NCBI RefSeq assembly: GCF_004010195.1
Contig: NC_057719.1
Location: 35,836,684-35,900,683 of the forward strand
From: Chiloscyllium plagiosum
Lineage: Eukaryota
Direction of reading: 5' to 3'
DNA: 64,000 nt
This document shows positions 36,701 to 50,781 of the stretch, piece after piece. The notes under the pieces were generated by a model. That model ran no database searches and had not been told where the DNA came from. It saw nothing but the letters and a program-made list of their open reading frames with translations. Both the position numbers and the translations under genes were made by a program. Positions within the stretch are counted from its first letter, which is position 1, and each line of letters begins with the position of its first letter.

Positions 36701-38597
36701 AGGAAAGGTTCAATTCTGACCTTGATAAAATCCTCATTGTCGTTAATGCACATGTAGTGTGTTTGCCACATAAGGTGCTGGTGCATGTTGTAGGTGTGAC
36801 ACTGACGTCGAACTGTGTCATACAGCAACATGTCAACCCTGTTGACTGATCACTGCTGACAAGTTGCCTGGCTTTGCGTCTGTGCTAAACAGCAAGGCAA
36901 GACGGAACCACTATGAACCTTTAAAGGTTGAGTGAGACAGCAAAGCACGAAAAATCAAGACAAGGCAGGGCAGAGATGCTGTGAACTTCCAACTAAGTGC
37001 CAAGTGAGTGAGCATAAAGAAAAGAAGTGAAGAACCCTGAGGTACTGATGTTTGAAATGGGCTCCTGTCCCCCTGCGTGCAGAGACTCTGGCTTCAATCA
37101 AGGTGAAAGAATAGAGACACCTGTAACTGTGTGTGATTTAAAATGTATCTTGAGGCCATTGATTATTACATCAACATTCTGAAATTGCCCTTTGGGTTCC
37201 AACATGTTGTGGAAAAACAATGAATGAGACTCAGATGTTCCCTAATGCATCAGAGAAGCTTGCTGACAGATTTATGTATTTTAAGTTTTCAACTTCAATC
37301 TAAAAGCTACTAGTCATGGCACGCTGCTTGGAAATGCCCCCTTAAACGACAGACATGGCATAATATTTCACTGGCTGGACAGACTTGGCAGCTGATAGAC
37401 ACATCAGCAGTGTGGAATTTTTCTGTCACAATGCTGACATCAAACAATGATGATGAAAGCACCCCGTCCCTTCCTGGTCTGCTTCAATGCAGGTTCCCTG
37501 CGTGTCCTCCTGTCGACATGCTGTAACTGGTGGCTGATGGAAGGAATTATGACAGGAATAAAAAAAATGCCGAGTGATGGTTTCTGGATTTCAGGATCTA
37601 ATATGCTGCATCCGATGAGTGCAGGAAGAGCTTATGACCTAAGATTGAGTCAGGCTATCTCTAGAATGGCTACCTAATACAGACATCTGGCTCGTTCCAT
37701 TAATTACTGAGGGGCCTAACATCTAAATTGTAGATTCTTGGAGAAACTTGGTCAACGAGGACAAGGCTTTAGGCCTGCTGTCACCAATGGCATTCTGTCT
37801 TGGGTGTCTTCCAGTTATGATCTAGGGGACGTCTCTCTGAGAAAGCTCCATAGTTTCCATCTTTTCCTCCAGGACGAGTTTCATTCCTTTCTTTTCCTTG
37901 GTCTCTCTTTCATTCTTCTATCCCCACCCAATCACCTGATGGAAGGGTTTCCTAGTTTTGTTTGAAAATTGAGTCCCTCCCAACTCATAACTCTGAGTGT
38001 CTCCTTCTCTTCAGGTCTCTTAATTGCTCTATGCAGCAGGGCTGAGTGTCCTAAATCTGCGCTTTTGTTAAGAAACACAGGATCATGGAATCATAACATT
38101 GGTACAGAATAAAGTGTTTTTCCCCATTGATTCCAGCTCATTGTAGAGCAGTTCAGTCAGTCCCAATCCACTACTTTATCCCCCACAGTCCTTTAGGAAT
38201 ATTTCCCTCAAGGGCCTATCTAATGTCTTTTTGAAATCATTCATCATCTGCCATCTACCAACCTCGTGGGCAGAGAGTTTCAGATCATTACCATTCACTG
38301 TGTATCAAAGATCTTCCCTTGTATTTAAAAAAAAAACTTAAATCTATGTCCAGTAGTTCTTGCATGATCAACTATTGATAGCAACAATTTCAATACTTTA
38401 TTGAAACTTGTCATAATCTTGTACACTTCCAATGGATTTCACCATCACCTCAACTTCTCCTTCATTACAATTATGAAGTTTAAAAGATTGTATGGCTTGT
38501 GACTATATTTTTAAATGTAAATGAAGGTGGTCATTTGTCCTGTTCTCAAGTTTGCCTGACAGTAAGTGTGCTGCTTCGATTATTTGAGTTCAAAGGA

Positions 38598-39105
38598 TAC
38601 TGCTTTCAATTCTGGTCTCCCTGCTATAGGAAGGATGTTGTGAAATTTGACAGGGTTCAGGAAAGATTTACAAGGATGTTGCCAGGGTTAGCGGGTTTGA
38701 GTTATAGGGAGAGGCCAATTAGGCTGTGGGTATTTTCCCTTGAGCATCGGAGGCTGAAGGGTGACATTATAGAGGATAATAAAATCATGAGGGGCATGGA
38801 TAGGGTGAATAGCCAAACTAGATGGCATAGGTTTAAAGTGAGAAGGGAATCATTTAAAAGGGACCTAAAGGGCAATGTTTTCACACAGAGGCTGGTGCGT
38901 TTATTGAATGAGTTGCCAGAGGAAGTGGTGGAGGCTGGTACAATTACAACATTTAAAACACATCTGGATGGGTACATGAATAGGAAGGCTTTAGAGGGAT
39001 ATAGGCCAAATGCTGCAAATGGGACTGGATTGATTTAAGATATCTGGTCAGCATGAATGAGTTGGGCCGAAGGCTCTTTCCATGCTGTGACTCACTTCTA
39101 TGATT
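38598..39105 (+). mobile_element. CR1 LINE 3' fragment
   Basis: YCFQFWSPCYRKDVVKFDRVQERFTRMLPGL...NVFTQRLVRLLNELP plus tail. Confidence 0.92.
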
Positions 39106-39549
39106 CTATTACATTTTGAAAGCTTGGATTGTTTTACTGATGACACCTCATGCACGATAATACCACTGTTTCTTCTTGACTCTATCCAGAATAAAATATG
39201 CTTTTGTAAATTTGATATCAAGGCACCATCTACCATGTGCACAAACACTGCATGTATGCACGTACAGATTGGCTACAAGTAAGAAAAACAACAGAGCTAT
39301 CTCTAGACATTAATAGGTTCATAGAATAAAGCCTTAGTTGACCAAATCAGTTGAACAATTTCAATGGTGCTAGAACAGAGCGGGGCGAGGTGAGGTGGAA
39401 TGAGAGGTTGGTGAGAGATATAGTAAGTGAACCAAAGAGGATTTGATTTGGGTACAGTCAAGATAGGTTCCATCAAAAGGAAAATGTAGGACAAGTAAAT
39501 CCAGGGTTCCCTCAAACACAAAGGATGCAGAAATTAAGATAAAGAAGAA

Positions 39550-42500
39550 AAAGTATGTTTTTGACAGGTGTCCAAAAGAAAATACAATGGAGAATCAACA
39601 GAAAAGTGAATCTCCGGGGGGTGGCCAAAAGTCAAGTAGCACTCAACATAAAGGGGAATTCTACAGTCTTCTACAGGCATATAAACAGTGAAGGTAAAGT
39701 GTGGTAATGATAGGAATGGGGCCGATAAGGGACCAAAATGGATTGATACATGGAAGAAGGGAACATGATTAAGGTGTTAAATGAATACTTTGCATCTTTA
39801 CCAAAAAGGCAATTGCTACTCAGGCCATGGTCACTAGAAGAGTTTAAAATTGATAAGCAAGATGTGTCAGATAGACTGTTGGTACTTAAAGTTGAGAAAG
39901 CACTAGGACAGGAGTGTAATATGTCCAAGGATATTGAAAGAAGTTAGAGTAGAAATTGCAGTAGCACTGGCAATAATGTTTTCAGTTTCCCTAGACTCAG
40001 GAAGTGCCAAAACACTAGAAAGTTGTAAACATTATTCCCTTATTCAAAGTCAAGTCTTAAGGATAAGCCCAGCAATTATAGACCAGACCATTGAAGATGA
40101 CAGGTGTAGAGAGAAGCTAATAAAACACACAGTATCCTGGGCTTTATTAATAGCAGCATGGAATACATGAGGTTATTCTGAACTTGTTAGACTTCATTTG
40201 GAGAATAGTTTTGTTCTGGATGCCATATTATATGAAGTATGTCAACATATTAGGGAGAGTGCATAAGAGATTTCCAAGGATGGTTCCACGGATGGCAAAC
40301 TTCAGTTTTTCAGAGGATAGATTATAGAGATTGGGATTGTGCCTTTGGAGGAAAGAAGGAACATAGAAACAAAAAAACAGAAGGTAGCCATCTAGCCTAT
40401 CAATCCTGTTCCACCATTTATTATGATCGAAGCTGATTAACAATTCAACAATTTTGACCCACACTATCACTGCAACCTTTGATGCCTTTGGTAATCAGAA
40501 ATCTATTAAACTCTTTTACAAATCTACTCAAAAATGAAGCGTCCTCAGCTGTTTGCTGTAGAGGATCCAAAGATTCACAACCCTCCGTGAAAGAAAATTT
40601 CTCCTCATCATGGTCCCTCTAATTTTTAATTTGTGTCACCCTGTTCTAGACTCCCTAACCAAGGGAAAAATCTGGCCTACATCTGCCCTGTTCCCAAAAC
40701 CACAAGACCATAAGAAATAGGAACAGGTGTAGATCATCTGGTCCCTCATTTGAGCCTGATTCACCATTCAACAGGGTCATGGTTGATCTGACATTCCTCA
40801 CATCCGCTTTCTTGCTTTTTCCCTGTAACACTTGATTCCCCTTCTGATCAAGAGTCTATTTATCTCAGCTTTAAACGTATATATTGACTCAGCCCTACAG
40901 CTCTCTGTGGCAATGAGTTCCAAAGACTCGCAATCCTCTGAGAGAAGAAATTCCTCCTCATCTCGGTCTTAAATTTCAATTCGAGACTATGTCCTCTGGG
41001 ATGGGGAAACATCCTTTTAACATTTACCCTATAAAGCCCCTTATGAGTCCTATATGTTTCAATGAGATGTGCAGGTTATTGGCCAGGTTAAATTTCCCTA
41101 TAGTGTCCAGGGATGTGCAGGCTAGGTGGATTAGCCATGAGAAATGCTGGGTTACGGGGATAGGGCTGGGGCTAGGTCTGGGTAGGGTGTTGTCTGAGGG
41201 GCCGGTGCAGGTTTGATGGTCCAAATGGCATTTTTCCACACGTAGGAATTCTATGATTCTATAATTCTATGAGATCACCTCTCATTCTTCTAAGCTACGC
41301 TGAATAGAGTCCCACTGCAACTCCCTGAATAGAGTCCCAGTCTATGTAGCCTTTGCTCCATAAGACAATCCCTCCATACCAGGGATCATCCTAGTGAACT
41401 TTCTCTGAACTGCCTCCAATACAATGGGACCAAAACTGCACTGTACTCTAGATGTGGTCTCACCAGCACCTTGTACAGTTGCAGTAAGACTTCCCTATTC
41501 TTACTACTCCAAACCACTTGAAATAAGAGCCAACATTCCATTAGCCTTCCTGATTCCCTGATACAGCTGTGTGACAGCTTTCTTTGTTTTGTGCACAAGT
41601 ACTCCAAAGTCCCCTTTGTGCTGCAGCTTTCTGCAGCTTTTCTCCATTTAAATAATAGTCTTCTTTCGATCTCCCTTCCAAAATGAATAATTTCACATTT
41701 TCTCACATATTCCATTTGCCAACTTTTTACCCTCTTATTTAATCTATCAATTTCTCTCTGCGAACTGTATCCCTTCACAACTTGCCTTTCCACCTATTTT
41801 TGTGTCATCCGATTATTTGACACAGTACATTCACATCCTTCCACAAAGTCATTAATATATATTGTAAACAGTTGTGGTCCCAGCACTGTGGAACCCCACT
41901 GGTTATAGGTCATCAACCTGAAAAAGAACCCATTCAGTTTCCTACCACAGGGGTGGCACGGTGGCTCAGTGGTTAGCACGACTGCCTCACAGCACCATGA
42001 ACCCGTGTTTGATTCCAGCCTCAGGTGACTGTCTGTATGGAGCTTGCACATACTCCCAGTGTCTGCGTTGGTTTCCTCCAGGTGCTCCAGTTTCCTCCCA
42101 CAATTCAAAAATGTGCAGGTCAGGTGAACTGGCCATGCTAAAATTGCCCATAGTGTTCAGGTATGTGTAGGTTAGGTGCATTGGTCAGTGGTAAATGTAG
42201 AGTAATAGGGTAGGGGAATGGGTCTGCATGAGTTACTCTTCAGAGGGTGGGTGTGGACTTGTTGGGCCAAACGGCCTGTTTCCACACTGTAGGGATTCTA
42301 TGATAATTCTATGATGATGACGATAAACCAATTCTCTATCCATGCCTCCAATTACTATACTACCTTCAACACCAGAGGCTCTTATCTTATAACTTAATAT
42401 TTTGTGAGATAACTTGTCCAACACCTTTTAAAGTCTAAATACAACAGTTGCTGGCTCTCCTCTATCCACTCTGGTTGAGACTTCGCTGAAAACTTGCAAA

Positions 42501-42740
42501 TTAGTCAGACAAGATTTCCCTTTCTAAAGCTATGCTGATTCTGTTTGCCTATCAAGTAATTTTTAGACTTCAATTAAATCATTGGCTAAGCAGAGATCTG
42601 ATAGAAGTTTTCAAAATCATGAGAGTCCTGGTTACAGCAGACAGGGAGAAAGAACTCCATCTTGTAAAAAAATGGAGAACGAGAAGGCACAGATTTCATG
42701 TGATTTGCAATTGTAGAAAATTAGATGTCAGAAAAATCAT
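39550..42740. mobile_element. Cluster of nested older CR1 fragments (both strands) with inserted SINE pieces
   Basis: KVLNEYFAS (+, ~39770); LQLYKVLVRPHLEY and TVLGPQLFTIYIND (-, 41386-41900); DLIEVFKIMR (+, ~42595); several CR1 tails. Confidence 0.75.
41951..42312 (+). mobile_element. HE1-type V-SINE inserted in a CR1
   Basis: tRNA head, V-domain and gattctat tail, as in 28188-28513. Confidence 0.9.
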
Positions 42741-43177
42741 GAGGCAATCAAATATATTTTTAAACCAGATATGTAGTACTTCAGTTGAATTCCTTAATCC
42801 CTTTATCATCCACAAAACTACAATGTAAACTGGAACATTTTCCTGTCTGTCAGTTTTAAATCTGTTACATATTATGACGCCAAAATGATTTTCCTGGTTT
42901 GGTGCCTAAGTGGAACGTATTGTCTAGGTGTTATAAATACTGGAAAATCAAATTGCTCATAGAATAAGGAACCTGCACAAACCTCCCTCCATTAATTTAA
43001 TGAAATCAAAATCAGGTGGTCTCTTTGACAGGCTTGCACTCCCAGGCTGTTCATTTTCTGCTACACTTTTCGAGGTCTGTAAATCTTAGTTCACATGGAG
43101 TACAGGCTTTAAGGTCTATAGCGAGTCCAATCCAAACTCCAAAGAATGAAATCCCAATTCTACCAGTGCACCTTTGT

Positions 43178-43506
43178 TTAGATTAGATTCGCTACAGTAT
43201 GAAAACAGGCCCTGCGGCCCAAAAAGTCCACACCGACCCTCCAAAGAGTAACCCGCTCAGACCCGTTCCCCGACCCCATATTTACCCTTGACTAATGCAC
43301 CTAACACTATGGACAATTTAGCATGGCCAATTCACCTAATCTGCACATCTTTGGACTGTGGGAGGAAACTGAGAACCCGGAGGAAACCCACGCAGACATG
43401 GGGAGAATGTGCAAACTCCACACAGACAGTCGCCTATGGTGGGAATCAAACCCGGGTCCCTGGCACTGTGAGACAGCAGTGCTAACCTCTGAGCCATCGT
43501 GCTGCC
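43178..43506 (-). mobile_element. HE1-type V-SINE
   Basis: Homologous to 28188-28513. Confidence 0.9.
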
Positions 43507-43651
43507 TGTAATGTACCAACTGTGCCACCTGTTTAGTGTGTACAAATTTTAAAAAAAAATTCTTTCATAGAATGAGGTGTCAGTGGCTGGGCCAGCATTT
43601 AATGCCCATCCCTAACGTGTCTTCTCTGAATCTGCTGCCTACAAGACCAGA

Positions 43652-44745
43652 GGACCATAAGACATAGGAGCAGAAATTAGGCCATTCAACCTATCGGATT
43701 CAACCAGTCATGGATGATAAGCTTCTCAGCCCCATTCTCTCGTTTTCTCCCCGTAACCCTTGATCCCCTTGACAATCAAGAATCTATCTAATTCGTCTTA
43801 AATATTCTCAATGACCTGGCCTCCACTGTCTTCTATGGCAATGAATTCTATTGATTCACCACTCTCTGGGTGAAGAAGTTTCTCCTTATCTCTGTCTTAA
43901 AAGGTCTTCCCTTTACTCTAAGGCTGTGTCCTGGGGTCCTTGTCTCTCCTACTAATGGAAACATCTTCCCAACATCTACTCTGTCCAGGCCATTCAGTAT
44001 TCTGTAAGTTTCTATTAGATCCCCCCATCATCCTTCTAAACTCCATCGAATATCATCCCAGAGTCCTCAAACTTTCCTCATATGTTAAGCTTTTCATTCC
44101 TGGGACCATTCTTCTCTGAACCTGCTCCAGAGCCATTACATCCTTCCTGAGATATGCAGCCCAATACTTAAATGTGGTCTGACCAGAGCCTTAGAAGTAC
44201 CTTCCTGCTTTTATATTCTAGTCCTCTCAAGATAAATGCCAACATAGCATTTGTCTTCCTAACTACTGACTCAACCTGACTTTACCTTGAGAGAATTATG
44301 GACCTCATGTCCCAAGTCTTTTTGCACTTCAGACTTCTGAATTTTGTCCCCATTTAGAAAATAGTCCATGTCTCTATTTTCCTATCAAAGTGCATGACCT
44401 CACACTTTCCCATGCTGAACTCCATCTGCCACTCCTTTGCCCACTCTCCTAACCTGTCCAATTCCTTCTGCAGCCTCCCTGCCTTCTTAATGCTACCTGT
44501 CCTTCTACCTATCTTTGTATTGTTGGCAAACTTAGCCTAAATGCGCTCAGTTTCTGCATTTAGATCATTAATATGTAAAGTGAAAATTGTGATCCCAACA
44601 CCGAGCCTTGTGGAACACCGCTTGTCACCAGCTGCCATCCTTTTATCCCCAGTCTCTGTGTTCTGCTATACAGCTGAGCTTTTATCCATGACCCTAACAA
44701 CAAGGTTCCTTATCTTACTCAGTAGCCTTCTGTGCGGCAGCTTGT
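43652..44745 (-). mobile_element. CR1 LINE 3' fragment (older subfamily)
   Basis: accataagacataggagcagaaattaggcc tail and decayed RT C-terminal sequence. Confidence 0.8.
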
Positions 44746-45289
44746 GAGTTAATTGATGCCTCTTACAGGTAAACCATGCAATTTGTCCAGTTCAACATGG
44801 ACCCAGAGAACCAAGGTCCCTGAACTGTCACATGTGCAGCCATTGCTGGCTTCCCTTGGGTCTAAGGAGCCATTGATTGCATCCATGTAGTGTTTAGAGC
44901 TCTCTAGCATCATCCAGCCAATTCCTGAACAAGAAGGGATTTCACTCCCTCAATATCAAACTTGTTTGTGACCACTGGCAACAATTCCTGCAGGAGTATG
45001 CCATTATCCATGAAGCTGTCACAAAACTTACAACCTACACAACTCCCAGGCTCCTCACATGTTTGCCCCCACCACAAGGACCATGTCCATGGCTTTTTTG
45101 AGCAACAAAACATACCATCAGAGGACATGGCTTTTGACTCAAGTGCAAGACCATCACAGTGATGATGAACACACAATAATGTAGCACATTCATTGACTAG
45201 GGCTACATCAAACATATACCTGGCCTTCTGAAAATGCACTTCCATTGCTTGTGTATGATGTTCAGTGGTCTGGATCTTTGGCTGTTAAC

Positions 45290-46139
45290 CATGTTTGGTA
45301 CCCATGAGGATGGCCTCAACCGGGACCTCGGGTTCATATCACACTACAGGTGACCCCACTGCACTACACAGACACACACACACACAAGCATACATACACA
45401 AACACTCTACATACTCACACACTCATGCAGACCCTCTCTCATTTACATGCTCTCTTTCAGACATACACACATACACACTCACACACATGCACACAACCTC
45501 TCACAGGGTTATACTCCGTCACATTCATGCACACACTCTATCAAGAACGCACACATGCAAACACACACTCTCTCACATGTACTCACACTTACGTGCACAC
45601 ATTCACATGCATACACTTACTCTCTCTCGCTCTCTCTCTTTCTCATCCACACACACACACATATATAAGTCTATGGGGTGAACTTGCATTCGATTTTTGC
45701 TCAAAAAACACACAACCCACAGGCAGTCAATCCATATAACTTTTTATAAATTCCGACTTTAGAAATACAGCCAGTCTGACTCAAGATTGAGATACAGACA
45801 AACTCTAACCTCACACCTTTAATACATTGTCTGAACTGAGATGTCACCTTTTTTATAAAACCTGAAGTTATTTTAAAAATGTGACTTAAAAGGAGTTCTG
45901 GGATTTACATATTAATGAACTGAAACCTGCAACCGATTCTAAAAGATGAAAGACTTAACAGTAATCTAGGTTTGTTCAATATATCGTTTTAATTGCATGA
46001 CACTGTATTCTTTTGCTATAAATTCTGTGTCTTATGATCCTGCCTCACTAGTTACCTGATAAAGGAGCAGTGCTTTGAAAGCTAATACTTCCAAATAAAC
46101 CTGTTTTGACGATAACCTGGTGTTGTGTGATTTTTAACA
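45290..46139 (+). mobile_element. Penelope-like element 3' end (Neptune-like): ORF C-terminus, degenerate CA-rich tract and family C terminal repeat
   Basis: FGTHEDGLNRDLGFISHYR* (45294-45353), CA/CT-rich tract at ~45370-45662, decayed hammerhead ctgataaaggagcagtgctttgaaagcta at 46056-46084. Confidence 0.78.
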
Positions 46140-46287
46140 TTGCCTGTCATCGCAGGAAAGTACACTCCTGTATTAAATCGACAGGTTTGTCAGAATAGTG
46201 ATTTTTTTGGCAGTATTCTGCACAACATAGCTCAGTGATATGGTGAGAACTTCAAAGAGGGGGAGATGGACCAGTCACGTATGCTCT

Positions 46288-46378
46288 ATTCCTGATGAAG
46301 GGCTTTTGCCCGAAACGTCGATTTTCCTGCTCCTCGGATGCTGCCTGATCTGCTGTGCTTTTCCAGCACCCCTCTAAT
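46288..46378 (+). mobile_element. Family A repeat with intact minimal hammerhead (46292-46319)
   Basis: CUGAUGA-A-GGGC-UUUU-GCCC-GAAA-C-GUC; imperfect flanking duplication ccagtcacgtat (46271-46282) and ccagtcacatat (46379-46390). Confidence 0.87.
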
Positions 46379-49300
46379 CCAGTCACATATCTCCTCAGGC
46401 AAGGATAAAGAGAAGTATGATGGAGAAGCTGAGGGAGCAATGCTCATGGGGAAGAATAATGATGCCCACAAGAACCTTATAGTGGCTGTATTTGAGCACG
46501 AATATATTTTCATGAACATTTGTGGACACTCAGAATTAATATTCAGTTGCAATGCATAAGTCTTATTGACTTCAATGAAGTTCTTGTTTTATAATGGTGG
46601 AAGTTTCTTCGTCCGATTGACATACATTGCCTAGTTCTTTGTTGCCTTTACACATATAAACTCCCATTGAGTTTAATGGCCAGAGCATTAACCTGGAGTT
46701 CTGTGGGCTCACTTGGGTTCTGTGCTTGTAATGTCAGAGAATGTCAGAGAAATGTACAGGAGCTACACCTTGCTAATTGACTCACACAGAATAAAAATGT
46801 AGCTTCCGAGAGAATTGTCCTCATGTGCTTTGTGTAACAAGAAAGTGATAACGGCAGAATTATGATTGAGAGGGTCCCGAATGAAAGGTGGCTGTATGTG
46901 GTGAAAAAGTTGGAGTTGATGGATTTTATTTGATCTGTGTGTGATGTTTGCTTGATGTGTTCATGCTCCAATAACCTTCTATGGTGCTGTCCTTTACCAT
47001 TCAGCCTTTGGTGAGAAGATAGGCAATGTTTCAATTCTCCTAGTTGCGATGACAGAAAGTGATCTGTTGGAATGTGAGCTAATGAGTGCTGAATGCAGGT
47101 CCCTTTCTCCTTTCTGAGTGATTCAGGGGCAGGTGTCTTAGAGGAAGTATCACTGCGTTGCTCTGTGTCCAATGCAAGTAGGCATAACTAATTGAAAAAC
47201 ACTTAATGAGACATGAGGCACATAATGGATAGATCTGTCATCCGACGATGTGTGTGAGGATCCTCTAACAGTGGCAAGCAGTGGCAAAGTTATGTTTGTA
47301 TGACTGTGTCCTACCAGTATAAAGGTTTTGCAGACAGTGACACTAACTCTGCTTGACCACAGTAGATTATCCATTCTCTTGTGGAACGGAATCCATTCAT
47401 GCCTCCAGGATGATCCTGTGCTGGCCACCTCCACCAATGCTGTCTTTATCAGGCAGGATGGCCTCCTGTTGGCATCCTTGGGAAACAAGGTGTTCCCGCA
47501 CTCACAGACGCCCTGCAGGAGCAACTCAGGGAGTGGTCACAAATTTCTGGCTTCTGCCTCTTTCCAGCCATCTCCATGCTTGAATAGAGCCAGGATACAA
47601 TGTCCTGGATTCCAGAGACTGAAATGCTTTTAAATAGGGCACCAGAAGTTGAAATGTAGAAAGTCCCGGCAGGTTCCAGAAACTCCTGCCTGCCCACCAA
47701 TAAAACTTTGTGGTATACCTGTGTATGCATATATTATGAGCTTTAAAAAGTAATTGCACAATAAAACCCAACCTGCCCCTGAATGGAAGCCCCACTTGAT
47801 CTTTCGGCTCGCCGTGGACTCAGAAGACCAAATTCCTTCTAATGTGTATCAAACTGATTTGTGTAGCTCTTTGTTTGCTAGGTCACACAGTTTATCCTTA
47901 AGTCATCTTCAGTTTTTTCAGAAAGATGTAAAGGGATCTATTAAGAATAAACCAGAATACTTCTAGCAATAATATTAAAACCCTGTTCATTGTTCAAGTT
48001 TGAATGTAATTTTGAATTATTCTATGGGAAGAATTGACAAGCTGTCTTCAGAGCCTGTGGATGATACATCTTTTACTACTGGAAGAATTCTTTCTTCGAA
48101 GGAAGAAATACATACATTCAGAAATACATACTGCACTTGTAATTTATACTTGACAATAAAGTGACATTGATGACTGCAGAAGTGAAAGCAATCTAGTAAA
48201 ATTATTTAAATAACAAAATTTGAATAAACAATTGTTCTAAAAGATTTTCACTTATTTTGAAAATCATTCATGTTGCAATGGCCAAGTATTTGGTAAAAAC
48301 GGTAAACTTAACAAGTTGTAGTGGTGATCTGTTGCATAGACTAAGTTATGTTTAAACAAATATATGGGCTATTCGATAGTTTTGCTAAATTTAAATGGAA
48401 TACCAATGTTTTGTTCTAAAACGAAGACCAGCTATTATGTTTAATTTTTAACAGTAATATAACCTTGCAATTAGGTATAGAGTACTGCCAGAGCAAAATT
48501 ATATTTAGATTTTAAATATTTCTTTCAAATAATGCATAATAATGGACAACTTGTGGAAATGCAATTTTCTTGAAAACAGCCATAAAAAAATGTCTCAGCT
48601 TAGGGGTAAAGTAAAAATAGGACAAACAAAATCATGATATTTGGCACTGTAAATGTATGACTATTACGAGGCCATGTAAATAAGAAACCTTATCCACAGG
48701 TAAGTTCCAGCCAGTTTTCAATAATGCCAAATACGCAAACGAATAACTAGAACAAACAAAACAATTTTACCATTTTACAAACAGCTGCTCAAGAACACAC
48801 ATTGAGAGAAGCCTTGCTTTTGTGCCAAAATGGAGGAAACCATCCGCTTCAGATAGTAATTGAAATTAGTAGGTAATCAACTCAGTGTATGAAGGACTCA
48901 TTCTAAAACTTTGACCTACATTGAATTGGCAGGTCATCAGTAACCTGAAACCTACTAAAAAGGCACAATGTGATCTGACCTTAATCACCAACTTGACATG
49001 AAATTGTATGGAAGATGTGACCCAGTCTGAATGTCCAAATAACCTGACCCAAAATGCACAACAAGTATGGCATAATCTCTCGCAGCAGACTGACAGTGTC
49101 ATGATCTGTTGCCCCGATTCCTACTTGCCTTGGTGCAGATAATCATGAATACGGAGAATTGGGACCTCATCACGCTAGGTAATTTAAAGTAATAATTAGA
49201 TTTTCATTCTGTGGGTAATATTAGATTTCCATTCTGGAGGTAATTCGGTCTCAATTTTCTTAAAGTATTGGATAGCATTGTATTCATTCAATTCTGTTTC

Positions 49301-49502
49301 ATTCAGAATAACTTAATTTTCCACCTTTTGTGTTTTTCAAAATCCTTATAGATTCACAGATGCTGGCCATCATTATTACAAGGTAATGGGTTAGAAATTG
49401 GTCCTTGTGCCTGTATTCTTTCTGGCTGATCAAGCAGCAGCAATGATCTAAACTGATGTTCGAGAAGTATAATAATAACAATCTTTAGTCATCAGGAAAT
49501 AA

Positions 49503-49800
49503 TTAGCATACTGCGGCTACGTGTTCCCAGTCAGAAAACGGAGTACACTCAGCTCTTGTTACTGCGGGGAATAGGGGCACGGATTTCCCGTGGGCACCTT
49601 TCCGTTTACCGTGATGACCCGTTTACGGAGGCAGACCAGTGGGAAACGAAAAGGTGTGGTCCGGGGCCGAATTTGAGGTACACAGGGTCAGCAGGTAGCA
49701 AATTGGCGGATAACGAAGACTCGGTGTATATTGTTTCCAATGCAAATAATGGCCACCGTGATCCATTTGTACAAGCAACTGCACCATAAAGCACACCAGC
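49503..49800. other. CpG-rich structured non-coding element, candidate ancient repeat-derived conserved element
   Basis: Local CpG enrichment in an otherwise AT-rich, repeat-poor block; internal inverted repeats. Resemblance to MER129-like ancient repeats is from memory only. Confidence 0.45.
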
Positions 49801-50781
49801 ATATATTGATCACTTAACATTTTTATGACCTGAGTTGTTATTTTTTAGTTTGGTTTGTCTAAGTAGGTTTAACTGGACTGACACTTTAGAAGCTTACAGA
49901 AAGCGAAAAGTTAGATCATATCTTTTGGTTCAGTTATAAATTAAAGGTGCAATTGCATTGTTTAAGAGCAACCTGTCATCTTGGTGTCCTGGCTTGAATT
50001 CGTTTAAAAAAAATGCTAATCGACTAGTCATTCATCTCACTATTATTTGTGAAGCATTATCTTATGCAATATGGCTACTGGTGACATCTTGGTAACAACA
50101 TTCACCACATTTCAAAGATCAAACCATATTTTGGGATGGGGTGTTGTGACAATGGGGCACTTTATAATGGAAAATTTTATTTCTTCATATGGTAAACTTA
50201 TGCATTTTTGCAGTCTAATATCACTGTTATTGTCCTCATGAAGCAAAGAAAGAACAAAATTGCTATTATGAGCAAAATGAATATTTTGTCATAAGCCCTA
50301 ATTCAATACTTTTGAAGTGTGTATTTTTTGAGTGTTAGAGTTCTTTTACCTTGAGGCTAAAATGCTACTGACCTAACCCAAAAATATTGTCTAATGTTTA
50401 ACTTGTAAACCTAATTGCAACTAAGTTGCTCAAATAGTATTATTGACCACTCTATTAAATATTATTTAAAAATTGTGTTCTAGTTAAAAAACAAATTTTG
50501 CTTCAAACAGAACATTGATTATTCATCTTGGAAATGTAAACAGTTTTAAATTGGAATATCAATTGTTATCGGAAAGAAATGAAGTTTAATAGGGTTTAGT
50601 TGTCCTTAGGTAACCACTAGATTTAATTCACTTATAGATAATGTATTGGTTGTTACAATTGTAAGAGTTTTAAGATTATTATGTCTCAGTCAATTTACTG
50701 ATACTGGAGGGAGTCATGTGGCCTGTTCTGAAGTCTTGTCTGACTGTAGCCTGGTTGGTTTAATTGTTAAAAATCGTTACT

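Noticed and set aside
45295..45739. His/Thr-rich ORFs in three frames
   Set aside because: Translation of a degenerate (CA)n tract in the PLE 3' region.
49611..49640. GTGATGA as a C box of a C/D snoRNA (as in the eutherian DLK1-DIO3 clusters) or as a hammerhead core
   Set aside because: No properly spaced CTGA D box with a terminal stem, no tandem array, and it lacks the CUGA start and adjacent GAAA of a hammerhead.
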